DNA of 64,000 nucleotides from NCBI GenBank assembly GCA_035627515.1, contig DASPLQ010000012.1, positions 327,269 through 391,268 of the forward strand. Direction: 5' to 3'. The position numbers and the translations under genes are program-made. This stretch comes from Vitreimonas sp. (lineage in GTDB: Bacteria; Patescibacteriota; Microgenomatia; UBA1400; PJMF01). Below are positions 35,301-46,514 of the stretch, one piece after another. Positions within the stretch are counted from its first letter, which is position 1. Each line of letters starts with the position of its first letter. Below the pieces are notes generated by a model. The model had not been told where the DNA came from. It ran no database searches and worked only from the letters and a program-made list of their open reading frames with translations.

Positions 35301-38300
35301 ATGTTGCAGTCGTTGTTAGCAAAACTAGCTCAAAAAATCGCCCCCCACCGCACGGCTTGGGACCGGGCTGTGAGGTTGGTGCAGCACACGACCCGGCCGG
35401 CCCGGCACGAGGCTCGGCGGCGGCTGAGCTATGCGTGGGCTTCTACCTATAATCGCGTCCATCACCGCTGGCACATTTTTTCGCAGACCCCCCGGGGCAA
35501 AAAAGTGAAAAAACTGCTGGAAAAACTGCCATTTGTAACGCCTCAAAAACGGGCTTTTATTCATCAGCACCCACAGTTAGTCAGCGTCGGCACCGGTTTA
35601 GCACTGGCCGTGTTGGTCCTTAGTGGCCTCTACTATCGCTGGTGGTACTCTCCTTCTCCTCGCTTTAAGCCTAACTTCTTCAATCCGGGTACTTTCTCAG
35701 GGCAAAACCCTACCAGTCCTCTGGTGGCTAACATCGCTAAAACCAAGACCGGCGCCCAAGTTCAGATTCTGAATGGTAATTCGGGGATCGAGTTTATCAC
35801 CCCAATTATCAAAGCCGAGATGAAGATAGCTCAAGACAAGGCTATTTTTAAAGACAAAAACCAAGCTCAAGAGGTGCGATACCAATTAATTGATAAAGGT
35901 ATCAAAGAAGAAATCATTCTTCATACTGATCCGCAAACCAATACCTTCACCAGCGGTCTCCAAACTAAAGACGCCACTCCGGCCTTGACTGCTGATCAAC
36001 AAATTATTTTCCTTAATGACCAAAACGAGTACGTTTTTCACCTCGAGAAACCCTGGGCTAAAGATGCTAATGGGGACATAACGTATGCAGTTTCATACAA
36101 ATTGGTTCCAAAAGAAAAACCTGGACTATTCAATCTAAATAAGCAGACTGAACAAAATACTGCTCTTTCACCTCTTGGCCAACTCAATGCCAGTACGGTT
36201 GATTTAATGGGTGGTGTCTCACAGTTAGCCAGCCCTACCTCGGCCGCTATCACACCTGATGGCGCTTATGACTTAGTGATGGAGATCGATCCCCGGTGGA
36301 TGAGCGCTCCCGAGCGCGTTTACCCGATTACTATTGATCCAACGGTAATTTATGAGGTCAGCTCAGAGTATGCAAGTGGAGAGTATAACCGCGCATATGA
36401 TGCTGGGTACAACCGCACTCCAGATTCTAACAATAACAATCGTGAACTGTCTGCCGACACTAATACGATCGGTCTGTGGCATTTGAATGAAATTGGGGCA
36501 GCCACCCACATTGATTCTTCAGGTAACGGCAACACCGGCACTTCAAGCAATGCCACGGTGGTAGATGCTCAAATTAATAAAGGTTTGAGCTTTAATGGCT
36601 CCAGCACTATCGTCTCAGTAGCCGACTCAACTTCTCTCGATTCCATCACCAACAACATGACTATTGAGATGTGGATTAATCCTGGTTCCACGCAAAATGC
36701 CTTCTCAACCATTATGAGTAAACATAGTACGGGAACCGGAGTCTTTTCTCTGGAGCAAAATAATACCAGTACTAATGTTTACAACATGTGGTTTAGTGGG
36801 AATACCTGTACTGACATCCTGACACTGACTGCTAATAAATGGCAACATATTGCCGTAGTCAAAAATGGCACCAGTGTTAATAGTTATATTGATGGTCATT
36901 TTCATCGGAGTTGTACGCTAGCTTCCTCCACTATCACTCCTAATAATGACCTTCTCTACTTTGGCCGCTGGTCTTCTGGCGGCGGTCGGTTTTTTACTGG
37001 CCGGATGGACGAAATTCGGCTCTCCAACTCTGCCCGGACTCAAATCGAAATCAAAGAAGCTGCCCAAAAAGGCCCCAGCATTGAAAGCTTCTATCAAGAA
37101 CTTCCCGCTGATGAACACACCTTGGGTTTATGGCACATGAATGAGGGCACAGATAATACTTGTAGTGGTGGTCAAGACCTGTGTGATGTTTCTGGCAATA
37201 GTCTGCACGCTACATTTAATGGTAATGCGGCTTTTACTACCAATGGCCGACTGGGAACCTATGGTATGAATCTCGATGGTAATGCTGATTATGCAGAGTT
37301 TCCGGATAGTTCATTACTCGATTTAGGCACCAGTGATTTTACTCTGGAAACGTGGGCGTATGCCAATAGCTTTACCACCAATAATACCTATATGGAGCTT
37401 GGTTCTTGGCCAAGCGCTATGATATTTCGGCAAGATAGTGCCAGTGTGCTCGGCTTCTATACCATGAGTGGATCATATACCTTTTCCTACTCCCCACCTA
37501 CTAAACAGTGGTATCACGTAGCATTAGTGAGAAACAAAGGTGTTTTGACACTTTATGCTGATGGCAAGTTTGTGGGCAATCAACTGAGCGATGCCACGAT
37601 CACCGTAGCTGGTGTTAATCGCTTTGGTTCTTCTGTTCATACCACTGCCCAGTACTTCAATGGTTCTCTTGATGAAATTCGCATTTCAGGAGTAGCGCGC
37701 AGTGCTGATGAAATTAAACTCAATGCCCAGCGCCGGCCGTACGCTATCTATACTTCACCTGTTATCGATTTGACTCAAAATTTAGATGATGGCTCAAAAG
37801 GAGAGCTGCTCATGGATAACACTAGTTTAGTCGCCCAATGGAACTTCAATGAAACTTCTGGTACGAATGTTAATAGTTTAGCTGGCTCATGTGGTAATAA
37901 CTGTAACGGGACTTTGTATAACGCAGCAGACACCAGCGGACAGGATAAAGTGGTTGGTAGTGGCTGGACTAATACCAATAAAAAATGGGGGCAAAGTAGT
38001 TTGATGCTCGATGGAAGTAATGATTATGTGAGTATGGGTGTGAACTCAAATCTGAACTTCACCACTCAAAATTTCACTATGGAAGGGTGGTTTAAATTTG
38101 ATAGTTTAGCTAGTACTCAAGTTCTGATGGGTAATGGAACTGGTAACCAAAATGGTTATTTCCTATATTGGGAATCTTCTTCAGGAACCTTGTCTTTTGC
38201 TACGGCACAAAGTGGTACAACACAAGTTAGTTTCTCAACAGCTTCTCCCATAACAACAGGCCAGTGGTACCATCTTGCAGTAAGCAGAAATGGCTCAACA

Positions 38301-41300
38301 GGGAAAATATATGTTAATGGAACGGATGTAACTAGCTTTAGTGGTAATCATATTAACCCCACTTCCTCTACCTATCCATTTGCAATTGGTGTCTCTTCGT
38401 TTAATCTAATTACGTTTCCTATGGATGGCGCAGTGGATTCGGTCCGCGTGTACACCCGCGTCCTCTCCGCCAGCGAACTCCTCACCAACTACCAAGCCAA
38501 CGCCAATCGCAACATCGTGGATTGGGGCGGAAATGGCGAAAGTTTAAATAGTACTACTGGCTTAGTGGCTCAGTGGGATTTTAATGAAACCTCAGGGACC
38601 ACCGCGTCAGTGACAGCTGGTTCATGTGGAGTTAGTTGCAACGCCACTTTGACTAGTTTTGCCAATACATCAGGCCAAGACGTGGTAGCTAACTCAGGAT
38701 GGACAGCAACCAATAAACGCTGGGGTACTGGGGCGGTGATGCTGGATGGTAGTGATGATTATTTGACCGATGCTTCGCCAGGTACCTTACCTACTGGAGC
38801 TACTGCACGCACTATCGAGATGTGGGTTAAACCCTCTAATTTATCAACCGGTGGAGCGTTATTTCACTACGGGAATGGCGCTACAGCCGGGCAAGAATTT
38901 ATTCTGCAATTCACTAATCTTTCGGGGGATCTTTATTTGTTTACTGATGGCACTAATGCTGCCAATAATATTGCCGTCCAACCAAGTGAAGCTCCCGCTA
39001 TTGGCGAGTGGAACCATGTAGTCTTTACTTTAGATGGCGCTAATAACTGGGTCTATTATCTCAATGGTGTCCGGCGACTATCTGGTACTTTCAGTGTAGC
39101 CATTAATACAGTAACGCCGACTGTGATGAACATTGGCGACCGCACTGATGTAGCAAACACTAATTTCCCAGGAGTGATTGATAGTACACGTGTCTATTCT
39201 CGGGCTCTTACTCCAGCTGAAATCATTGAAAACTACAAAGTCAGTGAGTTAGCTTGGCTCGAACGTGGTGTAGCTACTGGTGATGGTGAAACCCCAGCTA
39301 ACTCGAGTGGGCTAACTGCCGAATGGTATTTCAATCAAACCTCTGGCACTACTGCCAATGCTGGTGGCAGTTGTGGTGCTACTTGTAATGGCACACTTAC
39401 CAACTTTGCTTCTACCGGCTCTCAGGATGCTGCTGCAGGGACTGGTTGGACCGCCGCCAATCGCCGCTGGGGTGCCGGTGCTATTGCCTTTGATGGCACA
39501 GATGATTATGTGAGCGTGCCAGATAGTTCTGTGTATGAAACCTCTACCGGCAGTATTGAGTTATGGTTTAAGACCTCCACTAGCCAAGGGCCTCGCTATA
39601 TATTCAGCAAAAGCCAAACTGTTAACCAAGCCTTTAACTTCTATCAAGACACCTCTAACCGGTTGGCATTTTGGATCCGCAATACTGCCGGGACCAGCAG
39701 TATCACTATTACCTCTCAAAACGCCATTCATGATGGCGAGTGGCATCACGCAGTAGGAATTTGGGGCAGTAGTGGCATGAGGTTATACCTAGACGGTAAG
39801 CTGCAAAGCTCTAACACTTACACCGGGTGGTGGGATGGGACTACCGCTGCTTTGCAGTTTGGGCGTGAAGCCACTACACCTGGCTTCTATTGGAAAGGGA
39901 GCATGGATGCGGTACGGATGTACTCACGTGTGTTAACGCCTGAAGAGATTTTGTCCAACTACAATGCTGGTAACATCGAGTTACAAACCCGGACCAGCAG
40001 CGATGGCTCTACTTGGGGGGCTTGGTCACCGGTCAGTAGTGAGACAGCAATTGAAAGTTTTGATACCAATACTAGTGTGGCAACACCGAGCGCTCAGACC
40101 AATCTGACTTGGTATAAATACGATAATACACTCCCTCCTCAGACTTCAGATAGTGACAGTACCAATGGCCGGATTTTCTTAGGTAGTGCTGGCCGTGGTG
40201 ATGCAAGTGGAACGCTCGTTCCCCGAGTAATCTATGATGGCGGTGTCTACAAAATGTGGTATGCAGCTCTTAGTGGCAGTGGGTGGATGGGCTATCACGC
40301 TACCTCCCCCGATGGTTTGACTTGGACCAAATATGACAACGTTATTCCCACTACATCCAACACCACCGGCACCGGTGGGCGTTTACCATTAGGTGTAGGC
40401 GGTACTGGTGATGATGGTGGCGTTTATCCAGGGCCCGTGATCAAAGATGGTAATGAGTACAAAATGTGGTATCAAGGCGACGATGGAGCTAATTCTCGTG
40501 GATATATGGCCACATCAACAGACGGCATTAATTGGAATAAAGTCAATAATGGCATACCTGGCACTTCTAATACCACCGGCAGCAATGGCCAGCTTCCTTT
40601 GGGTGCTAGTAATGGTGATATCACTCATACTGTACCTGGTAGTGTCATTAAAGAAGGCTCCACTTTAAGGATGTGGTACAGCGGGTACAACGCTGCTTGG
40701 CGCATCTTCTATGCTGAGTCAACTGATGGTGGATATACCTGGACTAAGCAAGGTAATACGGCAGCTGGCACTTGTGATACAGTCTGTACTGAGGGGGCCG
40801 GCCGGCTGGGTCTGGGAACTAGTGGTAAGGGTGATGATAACGGTGTCTATGCTCCAATGGTGATTAAAGATGGCTCTACGTATAAGATGTGGTATGCGGG
40901 TCATGATGGCAGTACCGGTTGGCGCATTTTCTATGCTACCTCGCCCGATGGTTTGATTTGGACCAAGTACGACAATAATCTTCCGGGCCGTTCTGATAGT
41001 ATGGGCACTAACGGACGAATTGGCCATGGGAACACTGGTAAAAGTGATAATGGTACTGAACTCTATGGCATCAGTGTAGTGGATACCGGGACCCAGCTTA
41101 AAGCCTGGTATCACACCTATTACTCCGATGGCGTGAGCGTTAACACTCACTACATCAATCATGCCTACATGGATAAAGCAAACTCGCCGACTATCACCAA
41201 AGCGGACAGTAGCGCCATCAAAATGGAAGGTAGTAACGCCCTCAAACTCAATACTGCCACACCTCAGATTGACTCAAGCACTGTGGGTTATTGGAGCTTT

Positions 41301-44300
41301 GATGAAACGGGTGGCACCGGGGCTTATCTCCGAGACCAATCATATACCGCACCAGCAACTCCTGATGTCGGCGACGGTGCCGATGGCGCTATTACCGTTA
41401 GTGCCAATCGTAATATCAATACAGATAACATGATTAGTGGTCGCAGTTGTGCTGATGGTGGTGATGCTGTTAATTATTCTTCTACAGTTAATACAGCCAC
41501 AGGGTCAGCTTCAATTACGCTCTCCTCTACTCCTTCTACGGGCTGTTTAGCGGTTGGTGATGAGGTCCTGATTATTAATCAACAACTGATTGGGAGTCCC
41601 ATTGATTATGATCAGGTGGGGCAATGGGAAACTAAAACCATTCAATCTATTTCAACTAACACTCTCAACTTCGCTACTGGTTTAAGTAATGAGTACCGCG
41701 GGGCCACCCAAAGAATTATGGTGCAGCGAGTTCCCAACTATACCAATGTCACCATTAACTCTACCTTTACTTTGACTGCTAATGCCTGGAACGGCGTCAA
41801 GGGTGGAGTCCTTTTCTTCCGCGCTAATGGCACGGTTAGCAATAGTGGCACGATTGATATGAATGGCAAAGGGTACCGTGGGGCACCTAGAAGACAAGTA
41901 GGCGTTGATTATACATATGGCTGGATGGGCGAATCGGAAGCCGTGGGTTATCAGGCAATAGCTCAAGCAGCCAGCATTGCTTCAGGGGGTGGGGGTGGAA
42001 ATGGACAAGGCGGCGGTGCTGGTGGTAGTTACGGAACATTGGGTGTGGATGGTGTAGCTGCTGGTTGTACGGTGGGCGCACCTTTTACTACCGGTCGCAT
42101 TAAAGGTGATGCTGCATTAACCAAACTTCACTTTGGCGGAAGTGGTGGCGCCGCTGGCTCACATAATGGTGGCGGTCGTGATGGTGCTATCGGTGGAGCT
42201 AGTGGTGGCATTCTAGGCATTGCGGCTACCACTTTAACTAATAGTGGTACGATCCGAGCCAATGGTAGTGCCGGTGAAAATGGTTACTTCGCCGCTGGCG
42301 CCAACCAACCTATGGGTGGTGGTGGTGGTGGTGCCGGCGGTAGTGTGCTGATTCAAACTACAACTTTAACCACCGGCACTATTACTGCTAGTGGAGGTGC
42401 CGGTGGTTCGGCTTCTGCTACCGGAGCTGGCTGTACTCCTAGTGGTGCTGGCGGTGCCGGTGGCCAAGGTCGAATTAAAGTTGATACCACTTCAGCTCTC
42501 GGTGGGACAACTACACACCCTCTAACCTCTTCTTCTCCAGATCATGCTACTCCTACCGGCACTACCGTAGTAGACGGTGTAGTCGGCAAAGCTCGCAGCT
42601 TCAATGGCACTAGTGATTACTTGGAAATTCCTGACAGTGGCCAAATCAGAGTTGGTGAACCTCATTTTACGTTTGAAGGCTGGATTAATCCGAGCTCGTA
42701 CTCAGGTTGTGGGACAGATGGATCAGGCGCAACATGCATGATCGCCAACAAAGAAAACGTGTATGAGTTTGCTATGGCTAGTAACGGCAACGTTAACTGG
42801 GCTATTAATAATACCAGCCCTGGCTGGGCCTGGATTAGCACAGGAGCGAACCTTCCTCTAAATACTTGGACCCACATTGCCATTGTGTATGACGGTCAAT
42901 TCGTCTACACCTATAAAAATGGCCAACAAGTTCATATGAATGCCGCCAGTGGTGTTATCAATCACCAAACGGCTCGGGCGGCTCTCAGAATAGGGGCTCG
43001 TAATGCTCCGCTGGCAGCCAACTCATTTTTCCCAGGCAAAATGGATGAAATTAGTTTGTCATCTAGAGCCAAAACCAAAGAAGAAATTGACATGAGCTAC
43101 CGCCTGGGAGCAAATCAAACTGTCACTAAAACTATCTCCACTACTGATCTCTCAGGTAAAACTCAACTACCTTTTTATGTGGCTGCCGACCGACCTGGCA
43201 CCTACCTTCAGCCCACCCTCGGTGAAAATAGTTATGTTAACTATGACCCTGATTCAACCACGATTGCGCATTGGAAGTTTGAAGAGAATCTTAACTCATG
43301 GGGTGATTACTTCTTTGGCACCACTCTTGATAGTTCAAAGTGGATTGAGATTGATCCTGGAGGTAAGCTCGCCCAAAGCAATGGTATGATTCTTAGCGCA
43401 GGTTCAACTGGGGCCAACTGGGATGCGGGTTTAATTTCTAAACAGAAGTTTACTCGAGATCAAACTACTGTCTTGTATGCCAGATTCATAACTGGCTCCA
43501 CTGTGGCTTCACCCAATCATATGATGATCGGTTTTGCCCAAGATCAAACCGCGAGTGGTGCTTTTGGTACTATTTCTCATGCACTTTATTTTAATGCTGG
43601 AACTTTTTATATGTTCCAAGATGGAGCTAACGTAGGTGGCCCTCTCGGTAGTGGCTACGTCGCCAACACATTGTATGAGATTTCCGTTCAACTTAATTCA
43701 AATGGGACCGCCACCTATTATGTAAAAGGTGGGGTCTATACCAACTGGACAGCGTTAGGTACTGACACTGCCAAAACCAACTCTCCACTTAGAGTTCAAA
43801 TCTCTAACTATCAACACACAGGGTATTTTAGTGAAATTGCAGTAGGTGTCCCTGATCGATTAGTGACCGATAGCAGTGGCTATGACAATCATGGCCAAGT
43901 CTATAATGCCAAAACTTTTCCGGGTAAATTGGGTTCGGGCCGCAATTTTAATGGCATGGATAGTTTTATCTGGGTTCCTCCGTCTAATATTAGATACAAT
44001 TTTTTTCAATCCGATCCTTTTACTATAGAAGCCTGGGTAAGGCCAACTGCTGTGAGTAGCACCGACCGGTACATCTTTAACAAACAACAAAATGTCACTA
44101 ATGAATTCGTTTTCGCCCTTAATTTAACTTCAGGTAATAAATTTAACCTGGCTCTATCAAAACAAAATATTAGCGGACAAAACATCACTGGAACCAGTAC
44201 ACCTGTAGCTGGCCAGTGGTACCATGTAGTAGGCGTCAGCAACGGCACGACTGCCTCTTTATATGTAAATGGGCAGCTAGAGGCCAGTAGTGCTATTAGC

Positions 44301-46442
44301 ATTACGAGCACTACTCAATCTAAAGCAGATATCCAAATTGGTCGTTTATACACCGGAGCAAATTACTTTGCCGGCGAAATGGATGAAATTCGCATCTCCA
44401 ACATCGCCCGCACTGCGGATGAGATTCGCCAAGCTTATGAAGTTGGTAAACGCTCTTACCCTATTACCATTGATTTCACTGCCGATCTTGATTCAGGAAA
44501 TTTGATCACTAATTCGGGCGATACTTCATTTACAGTTGATGGCACTGCTTGGGGTATGGGTAGCAAGGGCAACAACCTGTACGTAGGTGAGAAAGTCATC
44601 ATCAAAGAAAATTACGATGGTACTGAGTACATTGCTCAGGGTATAGTAACCACTGTCAATGCTTCTACGGGTGCAGTTAATGTGAGTAGCTGGGATGCCG
44701 GTTCTACTTTCCCTTCCGGCGGCTTCACCACCAATGCCATTGTTTTCAAATGGCAACGAGAGTATTGGGACATTACAGGAGCGTTTGATTCGCATCTCAA
44801 TGCCACTACCGATCTCAGTTTACGCGTCACTAATGGTCTGGAAGGCCGCACCATTTGGATCGATGATCTCAAATCAAACGCCGGTTATATGAGCACTGCT
44901 ACTGGTACTGATGTTACCTCTTCACCAAATCGTTACATTCAATACCGAGCCATTATTTCCAGTAGCGATACAAATGTCTCTCCTGCTATGCGGACTGTAG
45001 CTATGACATATGAGGAAAATGTCGCTCCCAACACACCCACATTAGATTCACCTGCTAATGCGGCCACTGGCGTCACCACCAGTCCAACTCTACAAACCAC
45101 CGCTACCGATACTGAAAGTGATTACTTGCGCTATAAGATCGAGCTTTGTACTGATTTAGCTATGACCACTGGCTGCCAAACCTTTGACCAAACCAGCTCC
45201 CAAACGGGATGGAGTGGTCAGAATGCCCAAACCAGTACCGCTTATAATTCTGGGTCTCAAGCTAGTTACACCCTACAAACACCACTCACCTCCAACACTA
45301 CCTATTACTGGCGCTCCTACGCCATCGATCCCGGCGGCCGCTATGCGTGGAGCAGCACCCAAGGTACGCCGTACTCCTTTACCACCAATAAAGCTCCCAA
45401 TGTGCCCACGCTCGACGCGCCTACCGACACTGCCACTAATCAACTGCTACTGCCGCTCTTGCACACCACTGCCACCGATGACAACAGTGATTACCTACGC
45501 TATAAAATCGAACTCTGTACCAATGTCGGTATGACCACGAGCTGCCAAACTTTTGATCAAACCAGTTCCCAAACGGGTTGGAGCGGTCAAAATGCCCAAA
45601 CCAGTACTGCCTATACTTCGGGCACTCAGGCAACGTACACCATTCAGTCTGCCCTCAGTCCCAACACCACCTACTATTGGCGCTCTTACGCCATTGATCC
45701 AGGCGGGTCTAATAGTTGGGGAGCTACACAAGGTACCCCCTACTCCTTTACCACTTCGGCAGTACCTACCGCTCCTAATCTACTAGAAGCTGAAGCCACC
45801 ACTAATCCCACTGGCGTCACCGACATTACACCAGAATTCACGGCTATTTATAACGATCCCAATAGTGGTGACTTAGCCAATAAATATCAAATTCAAGTCG
45901 CCACCGCGGCGGATTTTAGTGGCACGTTGATGTGGGACTCAGGGTCAGTATCAATGTCTAATCTCACTCAAGGCACTCGCTCAACCGCTGTCTCGTATGC
46001 AGGTACAGCCTTAACCTACAACGGCGCCACGTATTACTGGCGAATCCGTTTCACCGATGTGGCTGGCAATGTAGGAGCCTGGAGCAACGAAACTGCCACC
46101 TTTACCATGTACAACTTATTGACTCCGTCTTCCTGTACTCTGGCGAAAACTATCCCCAACACGCAAATCACCGTCAGCTGGAATGATCCTAATAGTGGTG
46201 AAGATGGCTATGAGGTGCAAAAGAGTCTCAATGGGGGGGCTTTTGGTGCTTTGACCACTACTGCTGCTAACGCTACTTCCTATCCAGATAACACTACGAG
46301 CGATGGTAATACCTACCAATACCGCGTCCGCGCCACCATGAACAGTCAAACCTCGAACTGGTGCACAACTGCTACATTGTCACTTGATACTGACTACTTA
46401 AGATTGGAAGGCGTCAAGCTCGATGGTTTACAACTCAATTAA
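35301..46442 (+). CDS. Giant (3713 aa) membrane-anchored LamG/concanavalin-like multidomain adhesin
   Basis: Basic N-terminus, TM, then KEEIIL...ERVYPITIDPT domain, 7 LamG-like domains (G.W.(F/L/M)NE...D.(I/V)R), five VIKDG..YKMWY-type propeller blades, Gly-rich domain, FN3/Ig-like C-terminus. Confidence 0.88.
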   Translation: MLQSLLAKLAQKIAPHRTAWDRAVRLVQHTTRPARHEARRRLSYAWASTYNRVHHRWHIFSQTPRGKKVKKLLEKLPFVTPQKRAFIHQHPQLVSVGTGLALAVLVLSGLYYRWWYSPSPRFKPNFFNPGTFSGQNPTSPLVANIAKTKTGAQVQILNGNSGIEFITPIIKAEMKIAQDKAIFKDKNQAQEVRYQLIDKGIKEEIILHTDPQTNTFTSGLQTKDATPALTADQQIIFLNDQNEYVFHLEKPWAKDANGDITYAVSYKLVPKEKPGLFNLNKQTEQNTALSPLGQLNASTVDLMGGVSQLASPTSAAITPDGAYDLVMEIDPRWMSAPERVYPITIDPTVIYEVSSEYASGEYNRAYDAGYNRTPDSNNNNRELSADTNTIGLWHLNEIGAATHIDSSGNGNTGTSSNATVVDAQINKGLSFNGSSTIVSVADSTSLDSITNNMTIEMWINPGSTQNAFSTIMSKHSTGTGVFSLEQNNTSTNVYNMWFSGNTCTDILTLTANKWQHIAVVKNGTSVNSYIDGHFHRSCTLASSTITPNNDLLYFGRWSSGGGRFFTGRMDEIRLSNSARTQIEIKEAAQKGPSIESFYQELPADEHTLGLWHMNEGTDNTCSGGQDLCDVSGNSLHATFNGNAAFTTNGRLGTYGMNLDGNADYAEFPDSSLLDLGTSDFTLETWAYANSFTTNNTYMELGSWPSAMIFRQDSASVLGFYTMSGSYTFSYSPPTKQWYHVALVRNKGVLTLYADGKFVGNQLSDATITVAGVNRFGSSVHTTAQYFNGSLDEIRISGVARSADEIKLNAQRRPYAIYTSPVIDLTQNLDDGSKGELLMDNTSLVAQWNFNETSGTNVNSLAGSCGNNCNGTLYNAADTSGQDKVVGSGWTNTNKKWGQSSLMLDGSNDYVSMGVNSNLNFTTQNFTMEGWFKFDSLASTQVLMGNGTGNQNGYFLYWESSSGTLSFATAQSGTTQVSFSTASPITTGQWYHLAVSRNGSTGKIYVNGTDVTSFSGNHINPTSSTYPFAIGVSSFNLITFPMDGAVDSVRVYTRVLSASELLTNYQANANRNIVDWGGNGESLNSTTGLVAQWDFNETSGTTASVTAGSCGVSCNATLTSFANTSGQDVVANSGWTATNKRWGTGAVMLDGSDDYLTDASPGTLPTGATARTIEMWVKPSNLSTGGALFHYGNGATAGQEFILQFTNLSGDLYLFTDGTNAANNIAVQPSEAPAIGEWNHVVFTLDGANNWVYYLNGVRRLSGTFSVAINTVTPTVMNIGDRTDVANTNFPGVIDSTRVYSRALTPAEIIENYKVSELAWLERGVATGDGETPANSSGLTAEWYFNQTSGTTANAGGSCGATCNGTLTNFASTGSQDAAAGTGWTAANRRWGAGAIAFDGTDDYVSVPDSSVYETSTGSIELWFKTSTSQGPRYIFSKSQTVNQAFNFYQDTSNRLAFWIRNTAGTSSITITSQNAIHDGEWHHAVGIWGSSGMRLYLDGKLQSSNTYTGWWDGTTAALQFGREATTPGFYWKGSMDAVRMYSRVLTPEEILSNYNAGNIELQTRTSSDGSTWGAWSPVSSETAIESFDTNTSVATPSAQTNLTWYKYDNTLPPQTSDSDSTNGRIFLGSAGRGDASGTLVPRVIYDGGVYKMWYAALSGSGWMGYHATSPDGLTWTKYDNVIPTTSNTTGTGGRLPLGVGGTGDDGGVYPGPVIKDGNEYKMWYQGDDGANSRGYMATSTDGINWNKVNNGIPGTSNTTGSNGQLPLGASNGDITHTVPGSVIKEGSTLRMWYSGYNAAWRIFYAESTDGGYTWTKQGNTAAGTCDTVCTEGAGRLGLGTSGKGDDNGVYAPMVIKDGSTYKMWYAGHDGSTGWRIFYATSPDGLIWTKYDNNLPGRSDSMGTNGRIGHGNTGKSDNGTELYGISVVDTGTQLKAWYHTYYSDGVSVNTHYINHAYMDKANSPTITKADSSAIKMEGSNALKLNTATPQIDSSTVGYWSFDETGGTGAYLRDQSYTAPATPDVGDGADGAITVSANRNINTDNMISGRSCADGGDAVNYSSTVNTATGSASITLSSTPSTGCLAVGDEVLIINQQLIGSPIDYDQVGQWETKTIQSISTNTLNFATGLSNEYRGATQRIMVQRVPNYTNVTINSTFTLTANAWNGVKGGVLFFRANGTVSNSGTIDMNGKGYRGAPRRQVGVDYTYGWMGESEAVGYQAIAQAASIASGGGGGNGQGGGAGGSYGTLGVDGVAAGCTVGAPFTTGRIKGDAALTKLHFGGSGGAAGSHNGGGRDGAIGGASGGILGIAATTLTNSGTIRANGSAGENGYFAAGANQPMGGGGGGAGGSVLIQTTTLTTGTITASGGAGGSASATGAGCTPSGAGGAGGQGRIKVDTTSALGGTTTHPLTSSSPDHATPTGTTVVDGVVGKARSFNGTSDYLEIPDSGQIRVGEPHFTFEGWINPSSYSGCGTDGSGATCMIANKENVYEFAMASNGNVNWAINNTSPGWAWISTGANLPLNTWTHIAIVYDGQFVYTYKNGQQVHMNAASGVINHQTARAALRIGARNAPLAANSFFPGKMDEISLSSRAKTKEEIDMSYRLGANQTVTKTISTTDLSGKTQLPFYVAADRPGTYLQPTLGENSYVNYDPDSTTIAHWKFEENLNSWGDYFFGTTLDSSKWIEIDPGGKLAQSNGMILSAGSTGANWDAGLISKQKFTRDQTTVLYARFITGSTVASPNHMMIGFAQDQTASGAFGTISHALYFNAGTFYMFQDGANVGGPLGSGYVANTLYEISVQLNSNGTATYYVKGGVYTNWTALGTDTAKTNSPLRVQISNYQHTGYFSEIAVGVPDRLVTDSSGYDNHGQVYNAKTFPGKLGSGRNFNGMDSFIWVPPSNIRYNFFQSDPFTIEAWVRPTAVSSTDRYIFNKQQNVTNEFVFALNLTSGNKFNLALSKQNISGQNITGTSTPVAGQWYHVVGVSNGTTASLYVNGQLEASSAISITSTTQSKADIQIGRLYTGANYFAGEMDEIRISNIARTADEIRQAYEVGKRSYPITIDFTADLDSGNLITNSGDTSFTVDGTAWGMGSKGNNLYVGEKVIIKENYDGTEYIAQGIVTTVNASTGAVNVSSWDAGSTFPSGGFTTNAIVFKWQREYWDITGAFDSHLNATTDLSLRVTNGLEGRTIWIDDLKSNAGYMSTATGTDVTSSPNRYIQYRAIISSSDTNVSPAMRTVAMTYEENVAPNTPTLDSPANAATGVTTSPTLQTTATDTESDYLRYKIELCTDLAMTTGCQTFDQTSSQTGWSGQNAQTSTAYNSGSQASYTLQTPLTSNTTYYWRSYAIDPGGRYAWSSTQGTPYSFTTNKAPNVPTLDAPTDTATNQLLLPLLHTTATDDNSDYLRYKIELCTNVGMTTSCQTFDQTSSQTGWSGQNAQTSTAYTSGTQATYTIQSALSPNTTYYWRSYAIDPGGSNSWGATQGTPYSFTTSAVPTAPNLLEAEATTNPTGVTDITPEFTAIYNDPNSGDLANKYQIQVATAADFSGTLMWDSGSVSMSNLTQGTRSTAVSYAGTALTYNGATYYWRIRFTDVAGNVGAWSNETATFTMYNLLTPSSCTLAKTIPNTQITVSWNDPNSGEDGYEVQKSLNGGAFGALTTTAANATSYPDNTTSDGNTYQYRVRATMNSQTSNWCTTATLSLDTDYLRLEGVKLDGLQLN
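45021..45760 (+). repeat. Tandem duplication of a ~120-aa Ig/FN3-like domain
   Basis: Two copies of APN.PTLD.P...DYLRYKIELCT...CQTFDQTSSQTGWSGQNAQTSTAY...NTTYYWRSYAIDPGG...TQGTPYSFTT. Confidence 0.85.
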
Positions 46443-46514
46443 CCACCGGACAAAAGCCCTGCTTGCAGGAGGTTTAAAAAATACCGTATTATTACTACTA
46501 TACATCTGATTGCC

